20,000 nt of DNA, taken from the IMG/VR virus record IMGVR_UViG_3300020577_006910, one strand, 5' to 3'. The translations under genes were made by a program, and so were the position numbers. Positions within the stretch are counted from its first letter, which is position 1. Each line of letters starts with the position of its first letter. The DNA comes from an uncultured virus (IMG/VR IMGVR_UViG_3300020577_006910). Taxonomy: Duplodnaviria; Heunggongvirae; Uroviricota; Caudoviricetes. Below are positions 16,069 through 20,000 of the stretch, piece after piece. The notes beneath the pieces are model-generated. The model was given only the letters and a program-made list of their open reading frames with translations. It ran no database searches and had not been told where the DNA came from.

Positions 16069-18667
16069 AAACTATCTGTTTAAATAGCTTTTTATACGCC
16101 TCATACACGTTAGCTGGAATAATCCAACCACCGTCTATTTTTCTTGTAAGTTCGTTTACGTTCTCTAACTGCTCTAATAGTAATACGTCATAGTTTAGTC
16201 TGCTTAATTTACTAGAAACTGCACGCCAGTTTATAACTACGTCGTCATCGATTTTAGGTAGGTTTAGCTCATTTAGGGATTCTGCACAAATAAGCTGTAA
16301 TATAAATCTACTCCATGCATCTTTTGGCAATTCGTGCACGTGCCCCGAGCAGTACTTATTAAATGTAATAATTTCTGGTACTAGCTCACCGAACGCTGTA
16401 TTTATTACGTCAGTTACAAAATCTAGTTGAGTAACTGTGGCTGGTTTTGTTATTTTATTTTTTAACACATAACAAAGTAGATAGGGAATAATTGTCTCTA
16501 TTTCAGAGAATTCTTTTTCAAAATTGTGCAATATAACTTTATTACTGTTAAGCGTTACCCAGTTAGTACCTGTGTCTACGTTAACTATTTCTTTATTTGT
16601 AACAGTAGTTATTACGTTATGCGGGCTATGATAGCGTAGCCAATCAACCCATGTAGGATGTAAAAAAGTTTCTTTTAGTAACATGAGCGGAAGCGGGTGT
16701 TGCTTTTCTACGTGGGCTATTTTAGCTACATGTGTTGTTTTTAAATGTGTGCGCTGTGAATATTTATTTAAATTAAGTCGCTCACCGAATTCTTGTAACA
16801 CGTTATATATGTCATCATTGTAATTTATAAGACCAGCACTATAAGAACCTGTGCTGTCCTTATCCGCCAATAAATTACTAATAACAACTTTTAATAGGTT
16901 TACAACTAGAGCGTTTACAGGTGTAAGTTTAAACCATTTTTCCAATAAAAGCCTACTGGGTTTAGTTGGCTGTAAATTACTTAACGGTGTTTTAATGGCC
17001 GCAAATTCTTTACAGGGTTTGATTTCACCGTCACCAGTAATTAAAAACTTTACAAACTGCCAACATTCTTTTTGTTTATCCCAACCGACTTTATCTAACG
17101 TTTTGGCGATTTGTATCTTGCTTTGTTTAAAAAATATATCAAACAACTTTTTTCTGTAGTTGTTTGCAACTGTAACTAAATTACCTTCTCTAACCGTTTT
17201 GTTTACTAACCATTCGTCAAAATTATTTTTTACTTCACTTAGTTCATCGATAAAATTAATCGTATAACCTGTACCTTTGATGTTGCCTGTTATATATGTA
17301 TTGTCGTTTACGTAACATAGTGTTTCAAAGTTAACGTAAGCATCGCACACAAGTTGCTCTTGTGGGACATTTGGTTTAATATGTTTATTTAGTTTGTAAA
17401 CGCCTTTATTTGGTCTGTATATGTATACGTTGTTGTCTACTTCAAAAGTAACTACATTATTTACGTTTGAGAAGTGATGCTCAATTTCTAACCATTCCTG
17501 CCTAGAACAGGTTGCTTTAATTTTTTCAACTTCTTCTTTTGTTAGTTTTGTTTTAATAGCAACAGCAAATTCTTGCGGTGTACTTACTTTGCTTAGATTT
17601 TTTAAAGCTGCAGGCCAGTCTTCTGCTTCGTTTTTTATTTTATTTAATACAGTTACAATGTTATTAGTAGTAACATCAGATGGGTTCTGTAGAAAATAAT
17701 ATTTACCCAAATCCTCAAAACTACGTGCAATATTTAAAGCATTAGAAGTTACGCCCTTTCCTACACAAATAAATTTTTTATTTGTGTTCATTGCATGCAG
17801 TAGGCGTAAAGATCCATCTAAACTATCTGAAGAAGGTACGCACACAATGCCGCTTTTTTGATTTGAATAGGTGTACCACTTTTTAACCAGTTCTAAATAC
17901 AAAAGTGGGTCGTCTACCACTATTAGCTCAGACCCTACATGATCTACAGTTTCCCGCATGCCCATTACACCCAGCTGCCGTCTATTCTGTAAAACAGATC
18001 GTAGCTCCGTCCTACCAAATCTATCAATTAACAACACCGCAGCTAATTGACCTGGAACTGTTTCGTATTCTAAAACAATAGCGTCTTTGTATTTAAACTG
18101 TTTGTCTTTAAAAGCATTTAAACTATAAGAACACTTAATCAAATCTATATAATTTGACCAGGTTAAACAACCTATGTACTTACCTAAAGGCGAGTTTGTG
18201 GTTAGCGTGGTGTCGCCTACCCATAGATCATGCTTTTCCAAAAAACTGATCACAGACGTAGGTAGATTTTTAGTTAAATGCCATTTCCATTTAGACCGGC
18301 ATATATTTACAATATCTAGCTTATATCGATAATTACTATAATAATCTAAGGTATCGACAGCCATGTCTCTAGGCAGCGATAAGTCTGTTTCAGAAGATAA
18401 CAACTGCCAAGCTGTATTAATATTTGGAATATTACGCAATTCTTGATACAATTGAATAGTTGTACCCGCCCATTGACAATTATTACAATAAAAACGACTA
18501 CCACCCGTCTCTACATCAGGATACACGTACATTATGCCCGTATGGCATAGATTACATTTGCAGAAATTTACATCAGTTGTATCGTTTGTCGTATTTAATT
18601 GTATTAACCCTAAGTTTGCTATCACGCTAGGTGTAACAACAGTCTCAAGATTTAATGGAGTTGGCAT
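16055..18667 (-). CDS. Large protein (870 aa) with N-terminal primase-type Zn finger; putative primase/replication-associated protein
   Basis: CNLC-x16-FYCNNCQWAGTTIQLY resembles the CHC2-type Zn-binding domain (F.C..C...G..I.); no clear TOPRIM or Walker motifs seen. Confidence 0.5.
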   Translation of the reverse strand: MPTPLNLETVVTPSVIANLGLIQLNTTNDTTDVNFCKCNLCHTGIMYVYPDVETGGSRFYCNNCQWAGTTIQLYQELRNIPNINTAWQLLSSETDLSLPRDMAVDTLDYYSNYRYKLDIVNICRSKWKWHLTKNLPTSVISFLEKHDLWVGDTTLTTNSPLGKYIGCLTWSNYIDLIKCSYSLNAFKDKQFKYKDAIVLEYETVPGQLAAVLLIDRFGRTELRSVLQNRRQLGVMGMRETVDHVGSELIVVDDPLLYLELVKKWYTYSNQKSGIVCVPSSDSLDGSLRLLHAMNTNKKFICVGKGVTSNALNIARSFEDLGKYYFLQNPSDVTTNNIVTVLNKIKNEAEDWPAALKNLSKVSTPQEFAVAIKTKLTKEEVEKIKATCSRQEWLEIEHHFSNVNNVVTFEVDNNVYIYRPNKGVYKLNKHIKPNVPQEQLVCDAYVNFETLCYVNDNTYITGNIKGTGYTINFIDELSEVKNNFDEWLVNKTVREGNLVTVANNYRKKLFDIFFKQSKIQIAKTLDKVGWDKQKECWQFVKFLITGDGEIKPCKEFAAIKTPLSNLQPTKPSRLLLEKWFKLTPVNALVVNLLKVVISNLLADKDSTGSYSAGLINYNDDIYNVLQEFGERLNLNKYSQRTHLKTTHVAKIAHVEKQHPLPLMLLKETFLHPTWVDWLRYHSPHNVITTVTNKEIVNVDTGTNWVTLNSNKVILHNFEKEFSEIETIIPYLLCYVLKNKITKPATVTQLDFVTDVINTAFGELVPEIITFNKYCSGHVHELPKDAWSRFILQLICAESLNELNLPKIDDDVVINWRAVSSKLSRLNYDVLLLEQLENVNELTRKIDGGWIIPANVYEAYKKLFKQIVFTHH

Positions 18668-18669
18668 AA

Positions 18670-19773
18670 ATGGTTATCTCTGAACAAGTTATTGACAGAT
18701 TATCTAAAATATACGATTTACCTGATTTTGTCAAAACTGCTTCTATTAAAGAAGAGTTTATGCAGCCTATTACTTACGATAAGTATGCCGATCCTGTAAA
18801 TAAACGTTATCCGTGTCACACTAAAAGCGCTACGTACTTTAGTAACGCATTGTTCTGGGATAGCAGCTTATTTGATCAAAAGGCGTCTTCATCTGTTGGG
18901 ACAAGCCTACTTAAGTTTGCCGAGTTCTGGGGTATTCTTCCAGACGTTAAGAAAAATATTTTAGAAAAAGCTGCAAAAGACGCTACTGTTAAAAGTTATG
19001 ATGAACTGCCCGATAGCGACTTTGCTATTGTAACAAATCAAAACGATAAAAAATACCGGTTGTATCCTTTGATTGATGCAGAGACTGTTAAGCTGGCGGC
19101 GGATTCTCTTTATGAAAATCGCTATAAGTTTACTTATGTTCAACGATATGAGGGAGCTAATAAGATTCTAGAAAAGGCTGCCAGCGAAAACGTAGAACTA
19201 GACGATACATTGTCTGACTACTTAGAGAGAGCTGCTGGTAAAGGTTTGACTACCACAAAAACACTTGTAGATGTAATTGAAAAGCGTGCGTATTTCTACG
19301 CCGGTAATAAACAAACTAAATACGCTAACGCACTTAGAAAACTTGCTGAACACATCAAGACAAAGCCAACATCTAAAACGTTGTGTCAAAAAACTGCTGA
19401 GGCGCTAGACACGTTAGACGTCGAGTCTGGATTGTACGCACACAGAGAGAAGCAAGCGCTCGCTTTGCCGGAGGAAGAGTGTCACGCTATCCTTTACAAA
19501 ACTGCTTGTGAATTTTTAGCTGCTCATGTTACGCTACCTACCGGAACTACTTATCTTAAAGAGGATCTAGCTAAGCTTGGTTACGATATTGCCTCACTTT
19601 ATCCTGCAGAGAAAAACAAGCTAAAGTTAAATAATAGTTTTAGTATGGATAAAGCCGCAAGCTGGCTAGAGAATTTACCGATGGATAAGGCTAGACTTGT
19701 GGATACGTATTTTAAAGCTAAGTCAGTTAATCCTACGTATACGGGGATTGACCTTAGTCTTTTCAGACAATGA
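18670..19773 (+). CDS. Hypothetical protein (367 aa) with two DUF6582-like repeats; possibly virion-associated
   Basis: DKYADPVNKRYPCHTKSAT and LPDSDFAIV...RLYPLIDAETVKLA resemble the LPDSDF..P..RKYP..D...V..A pattern as I recall it; GGAG SD 9 nt upstream. Confidence 0.6.
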   Translation: MVISEQVIDRLSKIYDLPDFVKTASIKEEFMQPITYDKYADPVNKRYPCHTKSATYFSNALFWDSSLFDQKASSSVGTSLLKFAEFWGILPDVKKNILEKAAKDATVKSYDELPDSDFAIVTNQNDKKYRLYPLIDAETVKLAADSLYENRYKFTYVQRYEGANKILEKAASENVELDDTLSDYLERAAGKGLTTTKTLVDVIEKRAYFYAGNKQTKYANALRKLAEHIKTKPTSKTLCQKTAEALDTLDVESGLYAHREKQALALPEEECHAILYKTACEFLAAHVTLPTGTTYLKEDLAKLGYDIASLYPAEKNKLKLNNSFSMDKAASWLENLPMDKARLVDTYFKAKSVNPTYTGIDLSLFRQ

Positions 19774-19998
19774 TTTTACATAAAAAGCTGTTTTTTGCCG
19801 CGACCTGTCGTTTATGACAGGTTTGTTTTTATCTACCATGTAGTCAATTACTTCTGTAAACGGGCCTAGAACCTTGTATTTTTTATTTAAAAAGAATATG
19901 ACGTTGCCGCCTTTTAAATCTACGTAATGTTGTTTGTCAGCTAAGATAATGCCATAATCAACACCAACTGGAAGCTCTACTGCTATTACATATCCTGG
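19723..19998 (-). CDS. 3' end of a hypothetical protein entering from the right edge
   Basis: Translated by hand, stop-free: ...PGYVIAVELPVGVDYGIILADKQHYVDLKGGNVIFF...KVNPRIRRIN* (TGA 19725-19723); overlaps the convergent gene by 51 nt. Confidence 0.6.
   Translation of the reverse strand, partial: PGYVIAVELPVGVDYGIILADKQHYVDLKGGNVIFFLNKKYKVLGPFTEVIDYMVDKNKPVINDRSRQKTAFYVKSLSEKTKVNPRIRRIN
19802..19830 (+). terminator. Possible intrinsic terminator for the 367-aa gene
   Basis: gacctgtcg-ttta-tgacaggtt stem followed by tgttttt, about 30 nt after the stop; lies inside the opposite-strand ORF. Confidence 0.5.
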
Positions 19999-20000
19999 GT

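Noticed and set aside
4483..19143. Track ORFs 4483-4668, 5022-5222, 11767-11958, 13462-13650, 13497-13688, 14439-14693, 16851-17159 and 18961-19143
   Set aside because: Nested in or antisense to better-supported genes; short and without motifs.
1..20000. tRNA or rRNA genes
   Set aside because: No cloverleaf with a T-loop consensus or rRNA-like segment seen. The only long non-coding gap is accounted for by hairpins and repeats.

Overview
AT-rich, densely coded window that looks like part of a large dsDNA bacteriophage genome. It carries a terminase large subunit (14230-16068), an SbcD/SbcC (Mre11/Rad50, gp47/gp46-like) pair, a partial GP88/DUF7227-like Cys-rich gene, a Zn-finger primase-like protein and several hypothetical genes. 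The standout is a ~6.85 kb tandem array (3890-10735, minus strand) of 22 short, aromatic-rich, mutually dissimilar ORFs. 21 of them carry Y-x-F with the Tyr at residue 3-11, and the other has Y-T-Y. Five members are missed or truncated in the ORF track because they appear to start at near-cognate codons (ATT, ATT, ATC, ATA, GTA), each 7 nt from an aligned Shine-Dalgarno. Directly upstream is a 400-bp non-coding element with three GAA-triloop hairpins that fold best on the + strand, a 19-bp direct repeat pair and a 15-bp inverted repeat. Next to that element is a gene with degenerate rolling-circle-Rep-like motifs. Three divergent gene pairs have essentially no intergenic space. All calls come from reading motifs by eye, and no database searches were run.
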